Shown one piece after another: positions 29,405 to 38,966 of a stretch of DNA of 64,000 nt. The notes beneath the pieces are model-generated. The model was not told where the DNA came from and searched no databases. It saw nothing but the letters and a program-made list of their open reading frames with translations. The stretch is from IMG/VR virus record IMGVR_UViG_3300025357_000908, positions 32,001 through 96,000 of that record, one strand, 5' to 3'. This DNA is from a virus (lineage: Duplodnaviria > Caudoviricetes). How positions within the stretch are numbered: position 1 is the first letter of the stretch; each line of letters begins with the position of its first letter. The translations under genes were made by a program, and so were the position numbers.

Positions 29405-29980
29405 ATGAGATCAAACTATAAAGCTGCAATCTGTGGCGCTCATTCACAAGGTAAGACTACATTAGTAAAAGCACTAAAAGATGATCTGTTCTTAGATGAT
29501 CAGCATTTTAGTTTTAGAACTAATCTAACAAGAGGTCTTAAAGATTTAAACGTACCTATTAATGAAGGTGGTACTTCTTTAACTCAATATCTGGTAATGG
29601 CTCGTCATTTAGAGTATGCTCTAACTCCAGGTAACTGGATCTTAGATAGAGGTGCTTTAGACGGAATTGCATATACTGCTTATTTTTATGAGAAAGAACA
29701 AGTCAATAAAGATGTATATCAAGCAGCTTTATCTGTTTATGAATCACTGTTAGGTACTTACGATAAGATTTTTTATGTTGTACCCGAACTTGATATTAAA
29801 GATGACGGTGAAAGAAGTACAAATAAAGAATTCTTTGATGGTGTAGTAAAACAATTTGATTTTTATATCAAACATCATTCAATGCCTAAAGACAAACTTG
29901 TTTATGTGATAGGATCAGTAAAAGATAGAGTTAAAATAATAACAGATACAATTAAAAAAGATTTTACCAATGAGCTATAA
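29405..29980 (+). CDS. P-loop nucleotide kinase (AAA_28-like)
   Basis: GAHSQGKTT, LDRGALDGIAY, DDGER. Confidence 0.75.
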   Translation: MRSNYKAAICGAHSQGKTTLVKALKDDLFLDDQHFSFRTNLTRGLKDLNVPINEGGTSLTQYLVMARHLEYALTPGNWILDRGALDGIAYTAYFYEKEQVNKDVYQAALSVYESLLGTYDKIFYVVPELDIKDDGERSTNKEFFDGVVKQFDFYIKHHSMPKDKLVYVIGSVKDRVKIITDTIKKDFTNEL

Positions 29981-30890
29981 TACTAATAATATCGATAAAG
30001 TACTCGGTCAGAGAGTAGACTCTCCAAGTACATATACCCCAGAGATTTTGGTGCGTGAAGAGCGCCAACGTAACCGCACATATCTTGATCTTAAGAACGG
30101 TTCTTTACCTTTCGTGGGTTATGATATCTGGAATGGCTACGAATGTAGTGCATTAACAGATAGTGGTTTACCTGTTACTTGTGTTGCTAAAGTAGTATAC
30201 TCTGCTGAAAACGATTTCATTGTAGAGTCTAAGTCAATGAAGCTTTATTGGAACTCATTTAATATGCAGAAAATGGGTAAGAATACTAAGGAAGTACTTA
30301 AGAACATTAAACAAACAGCTTCTAAAGACCTATCCTTATTATTAGAGACTGATGTTAAGGTAGAGCTATTCTCTCAAATTACTGACACTGAAACCGAAAA
30401 AGATAGAGAAGTTTGGTTTTCAGATCATAGTTCCAAAATTTGGCGCCCATTAGAACAAATTAAGAGTGCAGAAAAGATTAAGTTTACTGTATTCAACGAG
30501 AATGCTGATCTGTTAGTAGCTAATGAAACCGAATCAACAGAACAACACTTCTATATGAGTACTCTGTTACGTTCTAACTGTAAAATTACAAAGCAACCAG
30601 ATTCGGGCGATATTTTCATTTACTATAAAGGTAATAAAGCAGTAACTGAACAATCTCTATTAGAATGGATTGTTTCATTCCGTAATGAATGTCATTTCCA
30701 CGAAGAAATCTGTGAAGCTGCTTATAAGCGTTTATGGGACTTGTTACAACCTGAAGAGCTTATGGTAACTTGCTACTACGCAAGACGTGGTGGTTGGGAT
30801 ATTGTTCCTACACGTGCTTCTCATAAGAAACTACTCAACAAGTATCTTGTTAATGTAAAAGCACCTTACTTTAAATTTCCTCGTCAATAA
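29970..30890 (+). CDS. queF: NADPH-dependent preQ0 reductase, bimodular type
   Basis: QueF motif ESKSMKLY, catalytic SNCKITKQPD, FHEE, RRGG. Confidence 0.95.
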   Translation: MSYNTNNIDKVLGQRVDSPSTYTPEILVREERQRNRTYLDLKNGSLPFVGYDIWNGYECSALTDSGLPVTCVAKVVYSAENDFIVESKSMKLYWNSFNMQKMGKNTKEVLKNIKQTASKDLSLLLETDVKVELFSQITDTETEKDREVWFSDHSSKIWRPLEQIKSAEKIKFTVFNENADLLVANETESTEQHFYMSTLLRSNCKITKQPDSGDIFIYYKGNKAVTEQSLLEWIVSFRNECHFHEEICEAAYKRLWDLLQPEELMVTCYYARRGGWDIVPTRASHKKLLNKYLVNVKAPYFKFPRQ

Positions 30891-30926
30891 ACTTGATTAT
30901 AACAAAAACTATATTAATATAACTAT

Positions 30927-31280
30927 ATGAACTCAGATCAAATCATTGTATTCCTTGATAACATTCAACGTACTATCGTTGCTACATATGTAAGCAGTGA
31001 CGATAACAATATCGTTGTAACTAAGCCTGCTATTTTAAACGTAACACCCTCACAAGACAAAAAATTACAAGTACAACTCTATCCTTTAATGTTTAGAGAG
31101 TTCTTTAAAGACCGCGATGTATTTCCTACATGGACATACAGCAAGTCACAAATTGCTTTAGCACAAGATCTTGACCTTGAAGCTAATCTTATTGCTCAAT
31201 ACACAGAAATGTTCAAAGTAATTAAGAACGAACCTGCTCCTACCATCAAGCTATTTGATGCTGATGACGATAAGAGCTAA
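30927..31280 (+). CDS. hypothetical protein
   Basis: Promoter TTGATT-N16-TAATAT (30893-30920) ends 6 nt before the ATG. Confidence 0.65.
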   Translation: MNSDQIIVFLDNIQRTIVATYVSSDDNNIVVTKPAILNVTPSQDKKLQVQLYPLMFREFFKDRDVFPTWTYSKSQIALAQDLDLEANLIAQYTEMFKVIKNEPAPTIKLFDADDDKS

Positions 31281-31285
31281 TCTAT

Positions 31286-32431
31286 ATGGCACGCAAACCA
31301 CGTACAGAAAACAATAACGATGAAACGAAAGCTTCATCATTAAAAGATATCTTTGAAGCTGTTGATGCATTGAATCAAGATGCATCAATGCTCTCTGAAG
31401 ATAATTCTTTATCTATTGTAAGCGATTGGATTGACACTGGCTCTTATGCACTTAATGCTATCTTTTCTGGATCTCTTTATAAGGGTATTCCTGTTGGTAG
31501 GGTTACTGGTTTTTCCGGGCCTTCCGGTGCGGGTAAGACGCTTATTGTTAATAAGATCATTGCGAACGCTCAAAAGAAAGGCTACTTTGCTGCTGTCTGG
31601 GATACGGAAGCAGCGGTAGATAAGCAATCCGCAGAAGGTGTTGGTATCGATCCAAAACGCTTAAAGTACTATCCTGTAGAAACAGTAGAAGATTGCCGTA
31701 ACCAAATTGCTACATTCTTAGATAAGATTATTGCAGCTAATGACCCTAACTTAAAGGTTATTGTCGCTATTGATAGTCTTGGTAATTTAGCGAGTGCTAA
31801 AGAGCTTCGTGATGTTACAGAAGGTAAGGATGCAGCAGATATGGGCACTAAGGCTAAAGCAATGAAGTCTATGATGCGCGCCTTAACCTTTAAAGCAGCT
31901 AAGGCTCGTGTGCCTATTCTGTTTACTAACCATATTTATGACAACCCAACTTCACTCTATCCTGAACTGGTTAAGCGTCAATCCGGTGGTAGTGGCCCTA
32001 TTTATCTTGCTTCTCTGCTCGTACAGCTTGCGACTCGAAACGAAAAGATCGACAAAAACGAAGGAGAAGAAGCAATAGCAGTAGCCCACAACGTAAGCGG
32101 TGTTACTCTGTCAGCAATGACTGTAAAGAACCGTTTTGCACCACCTTTCTTGAAAGCTGAACTCTATAACAACTTCCGTACTGGCTTAACTCGTTATGCT
32201 GGTTTAGCTGATATGGCAATTGCGTTCGGAGTTATTCAACAAACCGGTTCTACATTCCAGTTTAATGGAGAGAAGATCGGTTATAGAAAAACATGGGAAG
32301 GTGATATTAAGTTCTGGGACGAAAAAGTAATCCCAGCATTAGAAGAAAAGCTTAAAGAGAAAGTTCGTTACGGTGGTGCACTTGATGCAGACCCGTTAGA
32401 TGAGCCTAACGAAGCTGATTCAGCAGAATAA
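31286..32431 (+). CDS. uvsX: RecA-like recombinase
   Basis: DTGSYALN, GPSGAGKT, DTE, IDSLGNL, SGG, KNRF. Confidence 0.93.
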   Translation: MARKPRTENNNDETKASSLKDIFEAVDALNQDASMLSEDNSLSIVSDWIDTGSYALNAIFSGSLYKGIPVGRVTGFSGPSGAGKTLIVNKIIANAQKKGYFAAVWDTEAAVDKQSAEGVGIDPKRLKYYPVETVEDCRNQIATFLDKIIAANDPNLKVIVAIDSLGNLASAKELRDVTEGKDAADMGTKAKAMKSMMRALTFKAAKARVPILFTNHIYDNPTSLYPELVKRQSGGSGPIYLASLLVQLATRNEKIDKNEGEEAIAVAHNVSGVTLSAMTVKNRFAPPFLKAELYNNFRTGLTRYAGLADMAIAFGVIQQTGSTFQFNGEKIGYRKTWEGDIKFWDEKVIPALEEKLKEKVRYGGALDADPLDEPNEADSAE

Positions 32432-32433
32432 AC

Positions 32434-32463
32434 AAAAAAGCTAAGGGAAACCTTAGCTTTTTT
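32434..32463 (+). terminator. intrinsic terminator (potentially bidirectional)
   Basis: AAAAAAGCTAAGG-GAAA-CCTTAGCTTTTTT directly after uvsX. Confidence 0.9.
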
Positions 32464-32487
32464 AATTTAATAGATTATAATAAATAA

Positions 32488-33831
32488 GTGAAGAATAAAC
32501 TTCAAGTTAACGCGGAATATTTTGAAAACGTAATTGCTTGTCAGGCTCTGACGAATGCATACTATACGTCATTAGTGTATGAGCACCTATCACCTGATAA
32601 TTTTAAGAATTCAGGTAATAAGCTTATTATCAGTATTATAAAAGACTTTTATGCTAAAAGAAAGACTTTACCTACTGTAACCGAAATTAAGACGTATATT
32701 AAATCTGAAGAAGATGCTAAGTTAATTAAAGATACACTTATAAGCTACAAACAAATAGACTTACAAGGCAATTTTGATGAGTTAGTACAGAATACTGAAA
32801 CGTACTTTAAAGAAAAGAACGTTTATAACGCTGTACTAAAAATCGTTGATGATGTAACTAACGATAAAGCAGATTACGGTAAATTTCTTAAGATGTTTGA
32901 AAAGGCGTGTAATGTAACGCTTATTAACGATATTGGTTTAGATTTTTATGGTCAATATCAAAAGATATTAGATGAATTGGGTACACCTAATGAAACTATA
33001 CCTACCGGTTGGAACTTTTTAGATGAAAAAATAGGTGGTGGTTTAGCTAAGAGAGGTAGAGCTCTCTATCTATTCTTAGGCCCTACTAACGTTGGTAAAT
33101 CTATTTTCTTGGGTAATATAGCGAGTAATATGGCTGAACGTGGTTTAACTACTGTTCTCATATCTTTAGAAATGCCTGAAATGATGTATGCTAAACGTAT
33201 TAGTAGTCATCTTTCTAAAATCCCTATTAAAGAGATACAACAGCAAATTAAACCTTTAGAAACCTATTTTCAAGAAGTATCAGAGCAACGCAAGCAAAAA
33301 CTTATAATCAAGGAATTCCCACCGAAATCCATTACTATAGGTGGTATTAGAGCCTATCTTGAGTCTTTAGTTAAGTCCGGGATAAAACCGGATATACTCG
33401 TTATAGACTATCTCGGACTAATAAAGGCGAGTAGCGGTGATAACTCTTATGAACAAGGCAAGAATACTGCTGAGGAATTAAGAGCATTATCATATTTCTT
33501 TAGTATACCTATTGTGAGCGCAATTCAAACTAACCGTGAAGGTATGGAGAAACCAAGTCTGGATACTGTTAGTGAATCCCTCGGTGTTGCATTTACGGCA
33601 GATGTTGTCTGGTCTATCTATCAAGAAGAAGGCGATCAAGAGCTTGGAGTTATTAAAGTTGGTGGTATTAAGAATCGTGTAGGACCTAAACACGGGGCTA
33701 CAGCTATGAGAATTGATTACAATACATTATCACTTTCTGAAGAAAAGAACTACGTAGGCCTTGCCAATAACGACAGGGATTTCGATGAAATGTCAAGCTT
33801 AGAAAAAAGACTGGAAAATGCAGCCAAGTAA
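32488..33831 (+). CDS. replicative DnaB-like helicase (gp41-like)
   Basis: GPTNVGKS, SLEM, IKEFP, IDYL, QTNR, SES, KNR. Confidence 0.93.
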   Translation: MKNKLQVNAEYFENVIACQALTNAYYTSLVYEHLSPDNFKNSGNKLIISIIKDFYAKRKTLPTVTEIKTYIKSEEDAKLIKDTLISYKQIDLQGNFDELVQNTETYFKEKNVYNAVLKIVDDVTNDKADYGKFLKMFEKACNVTLINDIGLDFYGQYQKILDELGTPNETIPTGWNFLDEKIGGGLAKRGRALYLFLGPTNVGKSIFLGNIASNMAERGLTTVLISLEMPEMMYAKRISSHLSKIPIKEIQQQIKPLETYFQEVSEQRKQKLIIKEFPPKSITIGGIRAYLESLVKSGIKPDILVIDYLGLIKASSGDNSYEQGKNTAEELRALSYFFSIPIVSAIQTNREGMEKPSLDTVSESLGVAFTADVVWSIYQEEGDQELGVIKVGGIKNRVGPKHGATAMRIDYNTLSLSEEKNYVGLANNDRDFDEMSSLEKRLENAAK

Positions 33832-33845
33832 GTTAAATAAGTCTT

Positions 33846-34775
33846 ATGAGTGCCAAGAATATATACGTTTTTACAGACATTGATTTAGATGGTTCTGTGA
33901 GTTTATTGGCATTACATTGGGGCCTTAAAGCTAATACAGGCGATATAAAATATAAGGCTACCACGGTAAGCAATTTAAGAAGAGAGTTACTACGGTGGTT
34001 GGAAGAAGATAATTTTAATAATTACGATAAGGTTTATTTTTTAGATCTTGATACAAGTAATTGTGCTGATCTTATTGATAAAAATAACGTAGAAATTATT
34101 GATCATCATTTAACACATGTTAATGCAAAAGATGTATATAAGAACGCTATAGCTAACGTAACAGAAGATACATCTTGTGCTAAAAAGCTTTATAAATATC
34201 TTAAATTAAGTTTTCCAGGGTTTGAAAAAAATATTACCTCTGAACAAAAACTTTTAATAGCTTTAGCTGATGATTACGATAGTTATCAATTTAAGCTGGA
34301 TAACTCATACAATTTAAATTGTTTATTAACTAACACACAAAAGACTTTAGATAAAACACGTACTGATAGATTTGTAGAGCGGTTTTTTAATGGTTATAAC
34401 GGCTTTAACAAGCAAGAACTTAATATCATTAAAGAATATATTACTGGTAGAGACAACACTATTAAAAATTTACAGGTATTTTCAGGTAATGTGAATATCA
34501 GTAAGCAAAGTGTTAAAGTTACAGGCACTACCGGTGTAAAATATGTTAATGATGTATGCGATTTCTTAATTAAAGAATACGACTCCGATATTGTGTTTTT
34601 TGTTAATACTAATAACTCGCATGTGTCTTTTAGAAGAAAAAAAGATTGCAGTATAGATATGTCAAAGCTTGCCATAAAATTATGCGAGGGTGGCGGTCAC
34701 GATTACGCTGCTGGAGGTAAAATAACAGATACGTTCATGGAGTTTGTAAAACAATTAACCCCAGTGGAGAAATAA
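33846..34775 (+). CDS. DHH/DHHA1 phosphoesterase
   Basis: DIDLDG, FLD, IDHH, SFR, GGGH..AAG. Confidence 0.88.
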   Translation: MSAKNIYVFTDIDLDGSVSLLALHWGLKANTGDIKYKATTVSNLRRELLRWLEEDNFNNYDKVYFLDLDTSNCADLIDKNNVEIIDHHLTHVNAKDVYKNAIANVTEDTSCAKKLYKYLKLSFPGFEKNITSEQKLLIALADDYDSYQFKLDNSYNLNCLLTNTQKTLDKTRTDRFVERFFNGYNGFNKQELNIIKEYITGRDNTIKNLQVFSGNVNISKQSVKVTGTTGVKYVNDVCDFLIKEYDSDIVFFVNTNNSHVSFRRKKDCSIDMSKLAIKLCEGGGHDYAAGGKITDTFMEFVKQLTPVEK

Positions 34776-34777
34776 TA

Positions 34778-35074
34778 ATGTCAGGAGTAATTGGCGCATT
34801 AGAATCTGCAGTCTTGGAAAACCCTCTTGATTCTTTAATTGAAGAAGAAATAGAGGCAGAGTTGATTAAATTTAGCTCGTTTTGCTCAATCATACATAAC
34901 AAAAAGCTTAACAACGTAGCCGTGTTTTCATTAATTGTTAAGAACAAAATATACAAAAAAGCTTACATGCGGATGTTACAGGTTGACAACGAGAAAGAAG
35001 CTATTTTAATATTTTTAAAGTATAATTCTAACCTTTGCCGTAGCAAAGTAGTGAGAGAGGTACTACAATCGTAG
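34778..35074 (+). CDS. hypothetical protein
   Basis: 98-aa ORF in the replication operon. Confidence 0.55.
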   Translation: MSGVIGALESAVLENPLDSLIEEEIEAELIKFSSFCSIIHNKKLNNVAVFSLIVKNKIYKKAYMRMLQVDNEKEAILIFLKYNSNLCRSKVVREVLQS

Positions 35075-35079
35075 TACTA

Positions 35080-35736
35080 ATGAACGTACCGGAAATATAT
35101 AATACATATCTAAGTGTATCGCGTGGCTCTTTAAACAAGCCATGGAAAGCACGTAAAGATTTTGATAATTTTGATAAAACACCAGACGGTATTATCTGTA
35201 AGCGTTTAGAGTTGTTTTTTAAGAAGTTTCCTCAAATAGATCCGAGAGACTATTTTAAAGCTCCTTATGTAGTTTATAAAGATGAAGAACACTTTCCTCT
35301 CAACTTTTACACCACTCAAAAAGCTATAGCTATTTATACCACGGTAGAAAAACAAAAGAAGGAAGAATTACCTGATACAGACAATCAGATTGAAGATATT
35401 AAGAAATCTTTAAAGTACATTGCCGGGGTTTGCCTTCGACAAGGAATTACACTTACTAACTACTGCAAGATAAAGGAAGGATACACTTATAAAGTGTTTA
35501 ACGATTTTAACAACAAACTTATTAACATTTATGTAATGATTAAGTTGCCTTTCTTTGAAAACCAGCTAAACTCTCTTAACCCTCAAGATAAGTTACTTTA
35601 TCTAAAAGATGCTGCAAATAACATTCAAAAATACAAGATGCGATTGAATTCATCTGTTAGAGCAAAAAAACTTATTGACGAAGGTCTCAAATTAATAACA
35701 AATACAACTAATACTATTGATAAAACTAAAAACTAA
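35080..35736 (+). CDS. hypothetical protein, possible gp59-like helicase loader
   Basis: 218 aa, basic and helical, immediately upstream of gp32 as gp59 is in T4; sequence resemblance is weak. Confidence 0.35.
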   Translation: MNVPEIYNTYLSVSRGSLNKPWKARKDFDNFDKTPDGIICKRLELFFKKFPQIDPRDYFKAPYVVYKDEEHFPLNFYTTQKAIAIYTTVEKQKKEELPDTDNQIEDIKKSLKYIAGVCLRQGITLTNYCKIKEGYTYKVFNDFNNKLINIYVMIKLPFFENQLNSLNPQDKLLYLKDAANNIQKYKMRLNSSVRAKKLIDEGLKLITNTTNTIDKTKN

Positions 35737-35756
35737 ACTAAAATCACAACACAATC

Positions 35757-36671
35757 ATGAAACCTACGTTTAATTCAAATATGTTCGAAAGCATTAAAAG
35801 TGCTCTCGATTCAGCTAAGACAAAGAATACTGGCAGCAGTTTTAAGAATTTATTTTCTATTGCTAAACCAGGTAACTATGTAGTACGTTTACTACCTAAT
35901 ATTAAGAACCCAGGTGAAACCTTTTTACATTATTATCATCACGGCTGGAATAGCATTGCTACCGGTCAATATGTAAGCGTAACATCTCCATCTACATGGG
36001 GTGAACGTTGCCCTATTAGTGAGCTATACTTTAAGGTATTACGTGGTGGGACTCCTGACGAGCAAGAAAAGGCTAAGGCTAATCTACGTCGTAAAGAAAA
36101 CTGGTACGTTAATGTATATGTAGTAAGTGATCCGGTATCACCAGAAAACAATGGTACAGTTAAAGTACTTCGTTTCGGTAAACAATTAAATAAGATTATT
36201 GAATCAGCTATTAGTGGTGATGATTCAGCTGAATTTGGTGCTAAGATCTTTGATCTAAGTGAAAACGGCTGTAATCTACGCATTAAAGCTGAATTAGTAT
36301 CTGATAAGCCAGGTGCACCTAAGTACCCAACTTATACAGCTTCAAAGTTCTTATCACCTTCTGCTGTTGAAGGTTTAGATGAAGATAAGATCCAAGATAT
36401 CTATGAAAGCATCTATGATCTTAATACTTTCGTAGAACATAAAACACCAGCTGAGTTACAAACGTTTATTGATACTCATTACTATGGTACTGATGCAGCC
36501 CCTGTTGCAGCCTCTGTGGTTGACGAAGATGAAGACGTACCATATGATACACCAAAAGCTGTTACTAAACCAGCTGCTAAGCCAGCAGCAAAAGCAGCTC
36601 CTGTATCAGAAGATTCCGAGGTAAATGATGATAAAGTTAAGGCTATCCTTGATGGTCTCGATAACTTATAA
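35757..36671 (+). CDS. single-stranded DNA-binding protein (gp32-like)
   Basis: VRLLP, HGW, CPI, YVNVYVVSDP..PENNGTVKV..FGK, IFD, acidic tail. Confidence 0.9.
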   Translation: MKPTFNSNMFESIKSALDSAKTKNTGSSFKNLFSIAKPGNYVVRLLPNIKNPGETFLHYYHHGWNSIATGQYVSVTSPSTWGERCPISELYFKVLRGGTPDEQEKAKANLRRKENWYVNVYVVSDPVSPENNGTVKVLRFGKQLNKIIESAISGDDSAEFGAKIFDLSENGCNLRIKAELVSDKPGAPKYPTYTASKFLSPSAVEGLDEDKIQDIYESIYDLNTFVEHKTPAELQTFIDTHYYGTDAAPVAASVVDEDEDVPYDTPKAVTKPAAKPAAKAAPVSEDSEVNDDKVKAILDGLDNL

Positions 36672-36676
36672 TCTAA

Positions 36677-37255
36677 ATGACTGAACAACAGAGAAGAGAG
36701 CAAATTCTACAAGCACGTCAGCAGACCGCGCAACAACGGTCTGCTGTACCCGCTATGTCTGATGCTGATGCTGAACAAATTGCATCACAACAACAAAGTC
36801 TTACCAAAGACCAAATGATTGCTATTGCTATGCTTGGTAAGATGGTACAAAATGATATTGGAGGTATTAAAAGGAATGCTATAGGGGATTCTTTAAAGGT
36901 TAGTGATGTTGATATGTCTAAAGTAATGCCTTCAGGTATTATGAAAGCATCAGGCATTCCTGTACAGCAAGTACAGCAACAAAGAGCACCTCAACCACCA
37001 CCAGCGCTGCCATTGGCACCACCACCCTCTGATTTTCAGTTTGTAACATCTTCTGTACAACAGTTACAGTCAGTAAATCAGGTAGTTTCTGACCCTAACC
37101 AGTTAGAATTTGATTTAAATAAACAAGCTCGTTACGAAGATATTATAAATGCTATTGATAAATTAGAGAATAAGATTAACATATTGACCGATAAAATTAA
37201 TACTCTAATAGACTCTAACAATAAAAAAAAACCGAAGATAGCAAATGGAACTTAA
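36677..37255 (+). CDS. Gln/Pro-rich hypothetical protein with C-terminal coiled coil
   Basis: Contains DPNQLEFDL; lies between gp32 and the clamp. Confidence 0.6.
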   Translation: MTEQQRREQILQARQQTAQQRSAVPAMSDADAEQIASQQQSLTKDQMIAIAMLGKMVQNDIGGIKRNAIGDSLKVSDVDMSKVMPSGIMKASGIPVQQVQQQRAPQPPPALPLAPPPSDFQFVTSSVQQLQSVNQVVSDPNQLEFDLNKQARYEDIINAIDKLENKINILTDKINTLIDSNNKKKPKIANGT

Positions 37256-37979
37256 ACTGGCTAAAAAAGATTTCGCTGATAATTTTTTAAATATTATTAG
37301 CAAAGCTGTAGATGTAGCTTGTATTAAGGTTAACAAAGACGGGTTATACGTCTTATGCAATAAACCTGATACAAGTATTATATTACTTGGTAAATATAAT
37401 TACCCTATTGATATTGCTCAAGAACAATCACTTAACATTGGCGATATTAAAAAGTTATTACGCGTAATTGATTGTATAGAAGAGGAAGATTTTGCTTTTA
37501 AAATTAATAGTAATCATTTATTCCATAAATCAGATTCAATACAGTTTAAGTATCACTTTTTAGACGACACTGCTGTACCAAAAGCTTCGATTAAGAAAGA
37601 AAAAGTAGAAGCATTAGAACTTGATACGTTTTTTGATATAGACTACCGCAAACTACAAGAAATACTCAAAGCAAGTTCATTTACTACTGATACTAATAAA
37701 ATTTATCTTTACGGCCAACCTGATGGTGTATATTGTGAGTTAGGAGACAAAGAATCGGCTAATACTGATAGTGTTTCACTTAGAGTATCTGATAAGATTG
37801 AAGGTCAGCCTTTAAATCAAGTTATACCGTTTAACTTAGACATTTTTAGAGTACTCACCGGAGTAAAGTTTGAAACTGCAAGAGTGGGTATTAATCTTAA
37901 ACTTAAAATAATGTCATTTTACGTAAAACCTACCCCTGAAACTGAATTTAAATTTATTATTTCCGGATTAGTTAAATAA
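37245..37979 (+). CDS. sliding clamp (gp45-like)
   Basis: 244 aa, two-domain beta-rich pattern, LNIGDIKKLL...FKYHFLD; replication context. Confidence 0.65.
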   Translation: MELKLAKKDFADNFLNIISKAVDVACIKVNKDGLYVLCNKPDTSIILLGKYNYPIDIAQEQSLNIGDIKKLLRVIDCIEEEDFAFKINSNHLFHKSDSIQFKYHFLDDTAVPKASIKKEKVEALELDTFFDIDYRKLQEILKASSFTTDTNKIYLYGQPDGVYCELGDKESANTDSVSLRVSDKIEGQPLNQVIPFNLDIFRVLTGVKFETARVGINLKLKIMSFYVKPTPETEFKFIISGLVK

Positions 37980-38305
37980 TGGCTAACAAGATAACAACTC
38001 AAAGTTATTTCATCAAAAGACTCAAAGATTCGGGTTATATGGTCTATAAGATGTTTGATGGTTACGGTGAAGCAGACCCTCGTAACTGGACAGTTATGAT
38101 TGATCCAGGTAATGCTTCGGTATTCTGCACGTGCTATGTTAACCACCATGGTATGTTTGGTGAAACATTTTTTGAATTTTATGATGGCGGTCAATTTATT
38201 CCTGAGAGGTTTAAGTTGAAAACCGACTCAATTGAAGTTATAATAAGTTATTTAGTAAAATACGGCATAAACAATAAATCAGAATTATACAATAACAAGC
38301 ATTGA
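37979..38305 (+). CDS. hypothetical protein
   Basis: TAATG overlap with the clamp gene. Confidence 0.6.
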   Translation: MANKITTQSYFIKRLKDSGYMVYKMFDGYGEADPRNWTVMIDPGNASVFCTCYVNHHGMFGETFFEFYDGGQFIPERFKLKTDSIEVIISYLVKYGINNKSELYNNKH

Positions 38306-38312
38306 TTAATTT

Positions 38313-38906
38313 ATGATTAATAATTTATTTCCTACACCTATATACGTTACAGATCTACCATCCAATGTAATAGAAAACGTACAGAGCGAGTTCGATACGG
38401 TATATAACGAGTACAAATTAAAAAACGAATTCGGAAAACAAGAAGGCTGGAAAGGCACTCATCTATTAAGCGACCCAACGTTTAAGAGTAGTTTCATAAA
38501 AGAATATAATTTATTATATTTTCAAAACGTGTTAAAAGATCATGTAACTGTTTATCTTAAGAGTATCAAATACGGTGGTAAGATAGACTATGATATACCT
38601 GGATCCTGGATGACATTATCCCGGAAAAATGAATATGCATATACCCACACGCATGGTTCGTATGATATATCGGGAGTGTATTATTACAAAACTAATAGTT
38701 CAGACGGTGATATATATTTTAGAACCCCTAACCCCTTACCGTATGCGACATATTGTTATAGCGGGTTAACTACTGATGTATACTACAAGCCAGTAGTTGG
38801 CAGGTTAATATTGTTCCCGTCATGGCTTAATCATGGCACTATACCTAACACTACCGATAATGAAAGGGTAAGTGTATCCTTTAATTTAAGATTTACTAAA
38901 AAATAA
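38313..38906 (+). CDS. 2OG-Fe(II) oxygenase (TIGR02466-like)
   Basis: LFPTPIY, SW, HTH, ISGVYY, LILFPSWLNH, RVSVSFN. Confidence 0.88.
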   Translation: MINNLFPTPIYVTDLPSNVIENVQSEFDTVYNEYKLKNEFGKQEGWKGTHLLSDPTFKSSFIKEYNLLYFQNVLKDHVTVYLKSIKYGGKIDYDIPGSWMTLSRKNEYAYTHTHGSYDISGVYYYKTNSSDGDIYFRTPNPLPYATYCYSGLTTDVYYKPVVGRLILFPSWLNHGTIPNTTDNERVSVSFNLRFTKK

Positions 38907-38966
38907 AATATGAAAAACACACAAACAACAGGTGATAATTTTCAAAATTATAATATTATAAACGAT

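Noticed and set aside
25233-33831. Inteins or introns in polymerase, UvsX or helicase
   Set aside because: Lengths are normal, motifs contiguous and frames uninterrupted
35720-35756. AAACT repeats as a T4-like gp32 autoregulatory operator
   Set aside because: They fall inside the predicted promoter spacer and no upstream pseudoknot was seen
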